A DNA stretch of 64,000 nucleotides from the NCBI GenBank assembly GCA_964016885.1, contig OZ024740.1:426188001-426252000 (forward strand). Direction: 5' to 3'. The stretch is from Eledone cirrhosa (Eukaryota). This document shows positions 26,601 through 41,600 of this stretch, piece after piece. The notes below the pieces were generated by a model. That model did not search any database and was not told the origin of the DNA. It was given only the letters and a program-made list of their open reading frames with translations. The position numbers and the translations under genes are program-made. The first letter of the stretch is position 1. Every line of letters begins with the position of its first letter.

Positions 26601-29600
26601 GGAGGGATTGATGGTGTGGTAGAAAGATAAAGACACATGTTATATTAGATTAGAGAAATGGGAAGGATTGATGGTTTGGTAGAAAGATAAAGACACATGT
26701 TATATTACATGAGAGAAATGGGAGGGATTGATGGTTTGGTAGAAAGATAAAGACACATGTTAAATTACATGACAGGCGTGGGAGGGATTGATTGTTTGGT
26801 AGAAAGATAAAGACACATGTTATATTAGATGAGAGGCGTGGGAGGATTGATAGTTTGGTAGAAAGATAAAGACACATGTTATATTTGATGAGAGAATTGG
26901 GAAGGATTGATGGTTTGGTAGAAAGATAAAGACACATGTTATGTTAGATGAGAGAATTGGGAAGGATTGATGGTTTGGTAGAAAGATAAAGACACATGTT
27001 ATATCAGCTGAGAGAAATGGGAAGGATTGATGGTTTGGTAGAAAGATAAAGACACATGTTAAATTACATGAGAGAAATGGGAAGGATTGATGGTTTGGTA
27101 GAAAGATAAAGACACATGTTATATTAGATGAGAGGCGTGAGGGTGATTGATGGTTTGGTAGAAAGATAAAGACACATGTTATATTACATGAGAGAAGTGG
27201 GAAGGATTGATGGTGTGGTAGAAAGATAAAGACACATGTTATATTAGATTAGAGAAATGGGAAGGATTGATGGTTTGGTAGAAAGATAAAGACACATGTT
27301 ATATTACATGAGAGAAATGGGAGGGATTGATGGTTTGGTAGAAAGGTAAAGACACATGTTATATTACATGAGAGAATTGGGAGGGATTGATGGTTTGGTA
27401 GAAAGATAAAGACACATGTTATATTAGATGAGAGGCGTGGGAGAGATTGATGGTTTAGTAGAAAGATAAAGACACATGTTATATTAGATGAGAGAATTGG
27501 GAGGGATTGATGGTTTGGTAGAAAGATAAAGACACATGTTATATTAGATGAGAGAATTGGGAGGGATTGATGGTTTAGTAGAAAGATAAAGACACATGTT
27601 ATATTAGATGAGAGGCGTGGGGGGATTGATGGTTTGGTAGAAAGTTAAAGACACATGTTATATTAGATAAGAGAATTGGGAGGGATTGATGGTTTGGTAG
27701 AAAGATAAAGACACATGCTATATTAGATGACAGGCGTGGGAGGGATTGATGGTTTGGTAGAAAGATAAAGACACATGTTATATTACATGATAGAAATGGG
27801 AAGGATTGATGGTTTGGTAGAAAGATAAAAACACATGTTATATTAGATGAGAGAATTGGGAGGGATTGATGGTTTGGTAGAAATATAATGACACATGTTA
27901 TATTACATGAGAGAAATAGGAAGGATTGATGGTTTGGTAGAAAGATAAAGACACATGTTATATTAGATGAGAGAATTGGGAGGGATTGATGGTGTGGTAG
28001 AAAGATAAAGACACATGTTATATTAGATGAGAGAAATGGGAAGGATTGATGGTTTGGTAGAAAGATAAAGACACATGTTATATTAGATGAGAGGCGTGGG
28101 AGGGATTGATGGTTTGGTAGAAAGATAAAGACACGTGTTATATTAGATGAGAGAAATGGGAAGGATTGATGGTTTGGTAGAAAGATAAAGACACATGTTA
28201 TATTAGATGAGAGGCGTGGGGGGGATTGATGGTTTGGTAGAAAGATAAAGACACATTTTATATTAGATGAGAGAATTGGGAGGGATTGATGGTTTGGTAG
28301 AAAGATAAAGACACATGTTATATTAGATGAGAGGCGTGGGAGGGATTGATGGTTTGGTAGAAAGATAAAGACACACGTTATATTTGATGAGAGAAATGGG
28401 AGGTATTGTTGGTTTGGTAGAAAGATAAAACACATGTTATATTAGATGAGAGAATTGGGAGGGATTGATGGTTTGGTAGAAAAATAAAGACACATGTTAG
28501 ATTAGATGAGAGAAGTGGGAAGGATTGATGGTTTGGTAGAAAGATAAAGACACATGTTATATCAGATTAGAGAAATGGGAAGGATTGATGGTTTGGTAGA
28601 AAGATAAAGACACATGTTATATTACATGACAGGCGTGGGAGGGATTGATTGTTTGGTAGAAAGATAAAGACACATGTTATATTACATGAGAGAAATGGGA
28701 AGCATTGATGGTTTGGTAGAAAGATAAAGACACATGTTATATTGGATGAGAGAATTGTGAGGGATTGATGGTTTGGTAGAAAGATAAAGACACATGTTAT
28801 ATTAGATGAGAGGCGTGAGGGTGATTGATGGTTTGGTAGAAAGATAAAGACACATGTTATATTACATGAGAGAAGTGGGAAGGATTGATGGTTTGGTAGA
28901 AAGATAAAGACACATGTTATATTAGATGAGAGGCGTGGGGGGGATTGAGGGTTTGGTAGAAAGATAAAGACACATGTTACATTAGATGAGAGAAATGGGA
29001 AGGATTGATGGTTTGGTAGAAAGATAAAGACACATGTTAAATTACATGACAGGCGTGGGAGGGATTGATTGTTTGGTAGAAAGATAAAGACACATGTTAT
29101 ATTAGATGAGAGGCGTGGGAGGATTGATAGTTTGGTAGAAAGATAAAGACACATGTTATATTTGATGAGAGAATTGGGAAGGATTGATTGTTTGGTAGAA
29201 AGATAAAGACACATGTTATGTTAGATGAGAGAATTGGGAAGGATTGATGGTTTGGTAGAAAGATAAAGACACATGTTATATCAGCTGAGAGAAATGGGAA
29301 GGATTGATGGTTTGGTAGAAAGATAAAGACACATGTTAAATTACATGAGAGAAATGGGAAGGATTGATGGTTTGGTAGAAAGATAAAGACACATGTTATA
29401 TTAGATGAGAGGCGTGAGGGTGATTGATGGTTTGGTAGAAAGATAAAGACACATGTTATATTACATGAGAGAAGTGGGAAGGATTGATGGTTTGGTAGAA
29501 AGATAAAGACACATGTTATATTAGATGAGAGGCGTTGGAGGGATTGATGGTGTGGTAGAAAGATAAAGACACATGTTATATTAGATTAGAGAAATGGGAA

Positions 29601-32600
29601 GGATTGATGGTTTGGTAGAAAGATAAAGACACATGTTATATTACATGAGAGAAATGGGAGGGATTGATGGTTTGGTAGAAAGATAAAGACACATGTTAAA
29701 TTACATGACAGGCGTGGGAGGGATTGATTGTTTGGTAGAAAGATAAAGACACATGTTATATTAGATGAGAGGCGTGGGAGGATTGATAGTTTGGTAGAAA
29801 GATAAAGACACATGTTATATTTGATGAGAGAATTGGGAAGGATTGATGGTTTGGTAGAAAGATAAAGACACATGTTATGTTAGATGAGAGAATTGGGAAG
29901 GATTGATGGTTTGGTAGAAAGATAAAGACACATGTTATATCAGCTGAGAGAAATGGGAAGGATTGATGGTTTGGTAGAAAGATAAAGACACATGTTAAAT
30001 TACATGAGAGAAATGGGAAGGATTGATGGTTTGGTAGAAAGATAAAGACACATGTTATATTAGATGAGAGGCGTGAGGGTGATTGATGGTTTGGTAGAAA
30101 GATAAAGACACATGTTATATTACATGAGAGAAGTGGGAAGGATTGATGGTGTGGTAGAAAGATAAAGACACATGTTATATTAGATTAGAGAAATGGGAAG
30201 GATTGATGGTTTGGTAGAAAGATAAAGACACATGTTATATTACATGAGAGAAATGGGAGGGATTGATGGTTTGGTAGAAAGGTAAAGACACATGTTATAT
30301 TACATGAGAGAATTGGGAGGGATTGATGGTTTGGTAGAAAGATAAAGACACATGTTATATTAGATGAGAGGCGTGGGAGAGATTGATGGTTTAGTAGAAA
30401 GATAAAGACACATGTTATATTAGATGAGAGAATTGGGAGGGATTGATGGTTTGGTAGAAAGATAAAGACACATGTTATATTAGATGAGAGAATTGGGAGG
30501 GATTGATGGTTTAGTAGAAAGATAAAGACACATGTTATATTAGATGAGAGGCGTGGGGGGATTGATGGTTTGGTAGAAAGTTAAAGACACATGTTATATT
30601 AGATAAGAGAATTGGGAGGGATTGATGGTTTGGTAGAAAGATAAAGACACATGCTATATTAGATGACAGGCGTGGGAGGGATTGATGGTTTGGTAGAAAG
30701 ATAAAGACACATGTTATATTACATGATAGAAATGGGAAGGATTGATGGTTTGGTAGAAAGATAAAAACACATGTTATATTAGATGAGAGAATTGGGAGGG
30801 ATTGATGGTTTGGTAGAAATATAATGACACATGTTATATTACATGAGAGAAATAGGAAGGATTGATGGTTTGGTAGAAAGATAAAGACACATGTTATATT
30901 AGATGAGAGAATTGGGAGGGATTGATGGTGTGGTAGAAAGATAAAGACACATGTTATATTAGATGAGAGAAATGGGAAGGATTGATGGTTTGGTAGAAAG
31001 ATAAAGACACATGTTATATTAGATGAGAGGCGTGGGAGGGATTGATGGTTTGGTAGAAAGATAAAGACACGTGTTATATTAGATGAGAGAAATGGGAAGG
31101 ATTGATGGTTTGGTAGAAAGATAAAGACACATGTTATATTAGATGAGAGGCGTGGGGGGGATTGATGGTTTGGTAGAAAGATAAAGACACATTTTATATT
31201 AGATGAGAGAATTGGGAGGGATTGATGGTTTGGTAGAAAGATAAAGACACATGTTATATTAGATGAGAGGCGTGGGAGGGATTGATGGTTTGGTAGAAAG
31301 ATAAAGACACACGTTATATTTGATGAGAGAAATGGGAGGTATTGTTGGTTTGGTAGAAAGATAAAACACATGTTATATTAGATGAGAGAATTGGGAGGGA
31401 TTGATGGTTTGGTAGAAAAATAAAGACACATGTTAGATTAGATGAGAGAAGTGGGAAGGATTGATGGTTTGGTAGAAAGATAAAGACACATGTTATATCA
31501 GATTAGAGAAATGGGAAGGATTGATGGTTTGGTAGAAAGATAAAGACACATGTTATATTACATGACAGGCGTGGGAGGGATTGATTGTTTGGTAGAAAGA
31601 TAAAGACACATGTTATATTACATGAGAGAAATGGGAAGCATTGATGGTTTGGTAGAAAGATAAAGACACATGTTATATTGGATGAGAGAATTGTGAGGGA
31701 TTGATGGTTTGGTAGAAAGATAAAGACACATGTTATATTAGATGAGAGGCGTGAGGGTGATTGATGGTTTGGTAGAAAGATAAAGACACATGTTATATTA
31801 CATGAGAGAAGTGGGAAGGATTGATGGTTTGGTAGAAAGATAAAGACACATGTTATATTAGATGAGAGGCGTTGGAGGGATTGATGGTGTGGTAGAAAGA
31901 TAAAGACACATGTTATATTAGATTAGAGAAATGGGAAGGATTGATGGTTTGGTAGAAAGATAAAGACACATGTTATATTACATGAGAGAAATGGGAGGGA
32001 TTGATGGTTTGGTAGAAAGGTAAAGACACATGTTATATTACATGAGAGAATTGGGAGGGATTGATGGTTTGGTAGAAAGATAAAGACACATGTTATATTA
32101 GATGAGAGGCGTGGGAGAGATTGATGGTTTAGTAGAAAGATAAAGACACATGTTATATTAGATGAGAGAATTGGGAGGGATTGATGGTTTGGTAGAAAGA
32201 TAAAGACACATGTTATATTAGATGAGAGAATTGGGAGGGATTGATGGTTTGGTAGAAAGATAAAGACACATGTTATATTAGATGAGAGGCGTGGGGGGAT
32301 TGATGGTTTGGTAGAAAGTTAAAGACACATGTTATATTAGATAAGAGAATTGGGAGGGATTGATGGTTTGGTAGAAAGATAAAGACACATGCTATGTTAG
32401 ATGACAGGCGTGGGAGGGATTGATGGTTTGGTAGAAAGATAAAGACACATGTTATATTACATGATAGAAATGGGAAGGATTGATGGTTTGGTAGAAAGAT
32501 AAAAACACATGTTATATTAGATGAGAGAATTGGGAGGGATTGATGGTTTGGTAGAAATATAATGACACATGTTATATTACATGAGAGAAATAGGAAGGAT

Positions 32601-35600
32601 TGATGGTTTGGTAGAAAGATAAAGACACATGTTATATTAGATGAGAGAATTGGGAGGGATTGATGGTGTGGTAGAAAGATAAAGACACATGTTATATTAG
32701 ATGAGAGAAATGGGAAGGATTGATGGTTTGGTAGAAAGATAAAGACACATGTTATATTAGATGAGAGGCGTGGGAGGGATTGATGGTTTGGTAGAAAGAT
32801 AAAGACACGTGTTATATTAGATGAGAGAAATGGGAAGGATTGATGGTTTGGTAGAAAGATAAAGACACATGTTATATTAGATGAGAGGCGTGGGGGGGAT
32901 TGATGGTTTGGTAGAAAGATAAAGACACATTTTATATTAGATGAGAGAATTGGGAGGGATCGATGGTTTGGTAGAAAGATAAAGACACGTGTTAAATTAG
33001 ATGAGAGGCGTGGGAGGGATTGATGGTTTGGTAGAAAGATAAAGACACACGTTATATTTGATGAGAGAAATGGGAGGTATTGTTGGTTTGGTAGAAAGAT
33101 AAAACACATGTTATATTAGATGAGAGAATTGGGAGGGATTGATGGTTTGGTTGAAAAATAAAGACACATGTTAGATTAGATGAGAGAAGTGGGAAGGATT
33201 GATGGTTTGGTAGAAAGATAAAGACACATGTTATATCAGATTAGAGAAATGGGAAGGATTGATGGTTTGGTAGAAAGATAAAGACACATGTTATATTACA
33301 TGACAGGCGTGGGAGGGATTGATTGTTTGGTAGAAAGATAAAGACACATGTTATATTACATGAGAGAAATGGGAAGCATTGATGGTTTGGTAGAAAGATA
33401 AAGACACATGTTATATTGGATGAGAGAATTGTGAGGGATTGATGGTTTGGTAGAAAGATAAAGACACATGTTATATTACATGAGAGAAATGGGAAGGATT
33501 GGTGGTTTGGTAGAAAGATAAAGACACATGTTATATTAGATGAGAGAATTGGGAAGGATAGGTGGTTTGGTAGAATGATAAATACACATGTTATATTAGA
33601 TGAGAGAATTGGGAGAGATTGATGGTTTGGTAGAAAGATAAAGACACATGTTATATTAGATGAGAGACGTGGGAGGGATTGATAGTTTGGTAGAAAGATA
33701 AAGATACATGTTATATTAGATTAGAGAATTGGGAAGGATTGATGGTTTGGTAGAAAGATAAAGACACATGTTATATTAGATGAGAGACGTGGGAGGGATT
33801 GATGGTTTGTTAGAAAGATAAAGACACATGTTATATTACATGACAGGCGTGGGAGGGATTGATTGTTTGGTAGAAAGATAAAGACACATGTTATATTACA
33901 TGAGAGAAATGGGAAGCATTGATGGTTTGGTAGAAAGATAAAGACACATGTTATATTGGATGAGAGAATTGTGAGGGATTGATGGTTTGGTAGAAAGATA
34001 AAGACACATGTTATATTACATGAGAGAACTGGGAAGGATTGGTGGTTTGGTAGAAAGATAAAGACACATGTTATATTACATGAAAGAAATGGGAAGGATT
34101 GGTGGTTTGGTAGAAAGATAAAGACACATGTTATATTAGATGAGAGAATTGGGAAGGATTGGTGGTTTGGTAGAATAATAAAGACACATGTTATATTAGA
34201 TGAGAGAATTGGGAGAGATTGATGGTTTGGTAGAAAGATAAAGACACATGTTATATTAGATGAGAGGCGTGGGAGGGATTGATAGTTTGGTAGAAAGATA
34301 AAGACACATGTTATATTAGATGAGAGAATTGGGAAGGATTGATGGTTTGGTAGAAAGATAAAGACACATGTTATATTAGATGAGAGACGTGGGAGGGATT
34401 GATGGTTTGGTAGAAAGATAAAGACACATGTTATATTACATGAGAGAATTGGGAGGGATTGATTATTTGGTAGAAAGATAAAGACACATGTTATATTAGA
34501 TGAGAGAAATGGGAAGGATTGATGGTTTGGTAGAAAGATAAAAACACATGATATATTAGATGAGAGAAATGGGAAGCATTGATGGTTTGGTAGAAAGATA
34601 AAGACACATGTTATATTACATGATAGGCGTGGGAGGGATTGATGGTTTGGTAGAAAGATAAAGACACATGTTATATTACATGATAGAAATGGGAAGGATT
34701 GATGGTTTGGTAGAAAGATAAAGACACATGTTATATTAGATGAGAGAATCGGGAGGGATTGATGGTTTGGTAGAAAGATAATGACACATGTTATATTACA
34801 TGAGAGAAATGGGAAGGATTGATGGTTTGTTAGAAAGATAAAGACACATGTTATATTAGATGAGAGAATTGAGAGGGATTGATGATTTGGTAGAAAGATA
34901 AATACACATGTTAATTGGATGAGAGAATTTGGGAAGGATTGGTGGTTTGGTAGAAAGATAAAGACATATGTTATATTAGATAAGAGGCGTGGGAAGGATT
35001 GATGGTTTGGTAAAAAGATAAAGACGCATGTTATATTACATGAAAGAAATGGGAAGGATTGGTGGTTTGGTAGAAAGATAAAGACACATGTTATATTATA
35101 TAAAAGAAATGGGAAGGATCGGTGGTTTGGTAGAAAGATAAAGACACATGTTATATTAGATGAAAGAATTGGGAGAGATTGATGGTTTGGTAGAAAGATA
35201 AAGACACATGATATATTAGATGTGAGAAATGGGAAGGATTGATGGTTTGGTAGAAAGATAAAGACACATGTTATATTACATGACAGGCGTGGGAGGGATT
35301 GATGGTTTGGTAGAAAGATAAAGACACATGTTATATTACATGATAGAAATGGGAAGGATTGATGGTTTGGTAGATAGATAAAGACACATGTTATATTAGA
35401 TGAGAGAATTGGGAGGGATTGATGGTTTGGTAGAAAGATAATGACACATGTTATATTACATGAGAGAAATGGGAAGGATGGATGGTTTGTTAGAAAGATA
35501 AAGACACATGTTATATTAGATGAGAGAATTGAGAAGGATTGATGGTTTGGTAGAAAGATAAAGACACATGTTAATTGGATGAGAGAATTTGGGAAGGATT

Positions 35601-38600
35601 GGTGGTTTGTAGAAAGATAAAGACACATGTTATATTAGATAAGAGGCGTGGGAAGGATTGATGGTTTGGTAGAAAAATAAAGACACATGTTATATTACAT
35701 GAAAGAAATGGGAAGGATTGGTGGTTTGGTAGAAAGATAAAGACACATGTTATATTAGATGAGAGAATTGGGAGAGATTGATGGTTTGGTAGAAAGATAA
35801 AGACACATGTTATATTAGATGAGAGGCGTGGGAGGGATTGATGGTTTGGTAGAAAGATAAAGACACATGTTATATCAGATGAGAGAAATGGTAAGGATTG
35901 ATGGTTTGGTAGAAAGATAAAGACACATGTTATATTACATGAGAGAAATGGGAAGGATTGATGGTTTGGTAGAAAGATAAAGACACATGTTATATTAGAT
36001 GAGAGAATTGGGAGTGATTGATGGTTTGGTAGAAGATAAAGCCACATGTTATATTTGATGAGAGAATTGGGAAGGATTGATGGTTTGGTAGAAAGATAAA
36101 GACACATGTTATATTAGATAAGAGGCGTGGGAAGGATTGATGGTTTGGTAGAAAGATAATGACACATGTTATATTACATGAGAGAAATGGGAAGGATTGA
36201 AGGTTTGGTAGAAAGATAAAGACACATGTTATATTAGATGAGAGAATTGTGAGGGATTGATGGTTTGGTAGAAAGATAAAGACACATGTTATATTAGATG
36301 AGAGAATTGGGAGGGATTGATGGTTTGGTAGAAAGATAAAGACACATGTTATATTAGATGAGAGAATAGGGAGGGATTGATGGTTTGGTAGAAAGATAAA
36401 GACACATGTTATATTAGATGAGAGAAATGGGAGGGATGGATAGTTTGGTAGAAAGATAAAGAGACATGTTATATTAGATGACAGAATTGGGAGGGATTGA
36501 TGGTTTGGTAGAAATATAAAGACACATGTTATATTGGATGAGAGAAATGGGAAGGATTGATGGTTTGGTAGAAAAATAAAGACACATGTTACATTAGATG
36601 AGAGAAATGGGAAGGATTGATGGTTTGGTAGAAAGATAAAGACACATGTTATATCAGATTAGAGAAATGGGAAGGATTGATGGTTTGGTAGAAAGATAAA
36701 GACACATGTTATATTACATGACAGGCGTGGGAGGGATTGATTGTTTGGTAGAAAGATAAAGACACATGTTATATTACATGAGAGAAATGGGAAGCATTGA
36801 TGGTTTGGTAGAAAGATAAAGACACATGTTATATTGGATGAGAGAATTGTGAGGGATTGATTGTTTGGTAGAAAGATAAAGACACATGTTATATTACATG
36901 AGAGAAATGGGAAGGATTGGTGGTTTGGTAGAAAGATAAAGACACATGTTATATTAGATGAGAGAATTGGGAAGGATTGGTGGTTTGGTAGAATGATAAA
37001 TACACATGTTATATTAGATGAGAGAATTGGGAGAGATTGATGGTTTGGTAGAAAGGTAAAGACACATGTTATATTAGATGAGAGACGTGGGAGGGATTGA
37101 TAGTTTGGTAGAAAGATAAAGACACATGTTATATTAGATTAGAGAATTGGGAAGGATTGATGGTTTGGTAGAAAGATAAAGACACATGTTATATTAGATG
37201 AGAGACGTGGGAAGGATTGATGGTTTGTTAGAAAGATAAAGACACATGTTATATTACATGACAGGCGTGGGAGGGATTGATTGTTTGGTAGAAAGATAAA
37301 GACACATGTTATATTACATGAGAGAAATGGGAAGCATTGATGGTTTGGTAGAAAGATAAAGACACATGTTATATTGGATGAGAGAATTGTGAGGGATTGA
37401 TGGTTTGGTAGAAAGATAAAGACACATGTTATATTACATGAGAGAAATGGGAAGGATTGGTGGTTTGGTAGAAAGATAAAGACACATGTTATATTACATG
37501 AAAGAAATGGGAAGGATTGGTGGTTTGGTAGAAAGATTAAGACACATGTTATATTAGATGAGAGAATTGGGAACGATTGGTGGTTTGGTAGAATGATAAA
37601 GACACATGTTATATTAGATGAGAGAATTGGGAGAGATTGATGGTTTGGTAGAAAGATAAAGACACATGTTATATTAGATGAGAGGCGTGGGAGGGATTGA
37701 TAGTTTGGTAGAAAGATAAAGACACATGTTATATTAGATGAGAGAATTGGGAAGGATTGATGGTTTGGTAGAAAGATAAAGACACATGTTATATTAGATG
37801 AGAGACGTGGGAGGGATTGATGGTTTGGTAGAAAGATAAAGACACATGTTATATTACATGAGAGAATTGGGAGGGATTGATTATTTGGTAGAAAGATAAA
37901 GACACATGTTATATTAGATGAGAGAAATGGTAAGGATTGATGGTTTGGTAGAAAGATAAAAACACATGATATATTAGATGAGAGAAATGGGAAGCATTGA
38001 TGGTTTGGTAGAAAGATAAAGACACATGTTATATTACATGATAGGCGTGGGATGGATTGATGGTTTGGTAGAAAGATAAAGACACATGTTATATTACATG
38101 ATAGAAATGGGAAGGATTGATTATTTGGTAGAAAGATAAAGACACATGTTATATTACATAAAAGAAATGGGAAGGATTGATGGTTTGGTAAAAAAGATAA
38201 AGACGCATGTTATATTACATGAAAGAAATGGGAAGGATTGATGGTTTGGTAAAAGATAAAGACGCATGTTATATTACATAAAAGAAATGGGAAGGATCGG
38301 TGGTTTGGTAGAAAGATAAAGACACATGTTATATTGGATGAGAGAAATGGGAAGGATTGATGGTTTGGTAGAAAAATAAAGACACATGTTACATTAGATG
38401 AGAGGCGTGAGGGGGATTGATGGTTTGGTAGAAAGATAAAGACACATGTTATATTAGATGAAAGAATTGGGAGAGATTGATGGTTTGGTAGAAAGATAAA
38501 GACACATGTTATATTGGATGAGAGAAATGGGAAGGATTGATGGTTTGGTAGAAAGATAAAGACACATGTTATATTAGATGAGAGAATTGGGAGGGATTGA

Positions 38601-41600
38601 TGGTTTGGTAGAAAGATAAAGACACATGTTATATTAGATGAAAGAATTGGGAGAGATTGATGGTTTGGTAGAAAGATAAAGACACATGTTATATTGGATG
38701 AGAGAAATGGGAAGGATTGATGGTTTGGTAGAAAAATAAAGACACATGTTACATTAGATGAGAGGCGTGAGGGGGATTGATGGTTTGGTAGAAAGATAAA
38801 GACACATGTTATATTACATGAGAGAAATGGGAGGGATTGATGGTTTGGTAGAAAGTTAAAGACACATGTTATATTAGATGAGAGGCGTGGGGGGGACTGA
38901 TGGTTTGGTAGAAAGATAAAGACACATGTTATATTACATGAGAGAATTGGGAGAGATTGATGGTTTAGTAGAAAGAGAAAGACACATGTTATATTAGATG
39001 AGAGAATTGGGAGGGATTGAATGGTTTGGTAGAAAGATAAAGACACATGTTATATTAGATGAGAGAAATGGGAAGGATTGATGGTTTGGTAGAAAGATAA
39101 AGACACATGTTATATTAGATGAGAGAATTGGGAGGGATTGATGGTTTGGTAGAAAGATAAAGACACATGTTATATTAGATGAGAGAATTGGGAGGGATTG
39201 ATGGTTTGGTAGAAAGATAATGACACATGTTATATTACATGAGAGAAATGCGAAGGATTGATGGTTTGGTAGAAAGATAAAGACACATGATATATTAGAT
39301 GTGAGAAATGGGAAGGATTGATGGTTTGGTAGAAAGATAAAGACACATGTTATATTACATGACAGGCGTGGGAGGGATTGATGGTTTGGTAGAAAGATAA
39401 AGACACATGTTATATTACATGATAGAAATGGGAAGGATTGATGGTTTGGTAGAAAGATAAAGACACATGTTATATTAGATGAGAGAATTGGGAGGGATTG
39501 ATGGTTTGGTAGAAAGATAATGACACATGTTATATTACATGAGAGAAATGGGAAGGATGGATGGTTTGTTAGAAAGATAAAGACACATGTTATATTAGAT
39601 GAGAGAATTGAGAAGGATTGATGGTTTGGTAGAAAGATAAAGACACATGTTAATTGGATGAGAGAATTTGGGAAGGATTGGTGGTTTGTAGAAAGATAAA
39701 GACACATGTTATATTACATGAGAGGCGTGGGAAGGATTGATGGTTTGGTAGAAAGATAAAGACACATGTTATATTACATGAAAGAAATGGGAAGGATTGG
39801 TGGTTTGGTAGAAAGATAAAGACACATGTTATATTACATGAAAGAAATGGGAAGGATTGGTGGTTTGGTAGAAATATAAAGACACATGTTATATTACATA
39901 AAAGAAATGGGAAGGATTGGTGGTTTGGTAGAAAGATAAAGACACATGTTATATTAGATGAGAGAATTGGGAGAGATTGATGGTTTGGTAGAAAGATAAA
40001 GACACATGTTATATTAGATGAGAGGCGTGGGAGGGATTGATGGTTTGGTAGAAAGATAAAGACACATGTTATATCAGATGAGAGAAATGGGAAGGATTGA
40101 TGGTTTGGTAGAAAGATAAAGACACATGTTATATTACATGAGAGAAATGGGAAGGATTGATGGTTTGGTAGAAAGATAAAGACACATGTTATATTAGATG
40201 AGAGAATTGGGAGGGATTGATGGTTTGGTAGAAAGATAAAGACACATGTTATATTACATGAGAGAATTGGGAAGGATTGATGGTGTGGTAGAAAGATAAA
40301 GACACATGTTATATCAGATGAGAGAAATGGGAAGGATTGATGGTTTGGTAGAAAGATAAAGACACATGTTATATTACATGAGAGAAATGGGAAGGATTGA
40401 TGGTTTGGTAGAAAGATAAAGGCACATGTTATATTAGATGAGAGAATTGGGAGGGATTGATGGTTTGGTAGAAAGATAAAGACACATGTTATATTTGATG
40501 AGAGAATTGGGAATGATTGATGGTTTGGTAGAAAGATAAAGACACATGTTATATTAGATGAGAGAATTGGGAGGGATTGATGGTTTGGTAGAAAGATAAA
40601 GACACATGTTATAATAGATGAGAGAAATGGGAAGGATTGATGGTTTGGTAGAAAGATAAAGACACATGTTATATTAGATGAGAGAATTGGGAGGGATTGA
40701 TGGCTTGGTAGAAAGATAAAGACACATGTTATATTAGAAGAGAGAATTGGGAAGGATTGATGGTTTGGTAGTAAGATAAAGACACATGTTGTATTACATG
40801 AGAGAAATGGGAAGGATTGATGGTTTGGTAGAAAGATAAAGACACATGTTATATTAGATGAGAGAATTGGGAAGGATTGGTGGTTTGGTAGAATGATAAA
40901 GACACATGTTATATTACATGAGAGAATTGGGAAGGATTGATGGTGTGGTAGAAAGATAAAGACACATGTTATATCAGATGAGAGAAATGGGAAGGATTGA
41001 TGGTTTGGTAGAAAGATAAAGACACATGTTATATTACATGAGAGAAATGGGAAGGATTGATGGTTTGGTAGAAAGATAAAGACACATGTTATATTAGATG
41101 AGAGAATTGGGAGGGATTGATGGTTTGGTAGAAAGATAATGACACATGTTATATTACATGAGAGAAATGGGAAGGATGGATGGTTTGTTAGAAAGATAAA
41201 GACACATGTTATATTAGATGAGAGAATTGAGAAGGATTGATGGTTTGGTAGAAAGATAAAGACACATGTTAATTGGATGAGAGAATTTGGGAAGGATTGG
41301 TGGTTTGTAGAAAGATAAAGACACATGTTATATTTGTTGAGAGAATTGGGAAGGATTGATGGTTTGGTAGAAAGATAAAGACACATGTTATATTAGATGA
41401 GAGAATTGGGAGGGATTGATGGATTGGTAGAAAGATAAAGACACATGTTATATTTGATGAGAGAATTGGGAAGGATTGATGGTTTGGAAAAAAGATAAAG
41501 AAACATGTTATGTTACATGAGAGAATTGGGAAGGATTGATGGTTTGGTAGAAAGATAAAGACACATGTTATATTAGATGAGAGAATTGTGAAGGATCGGT

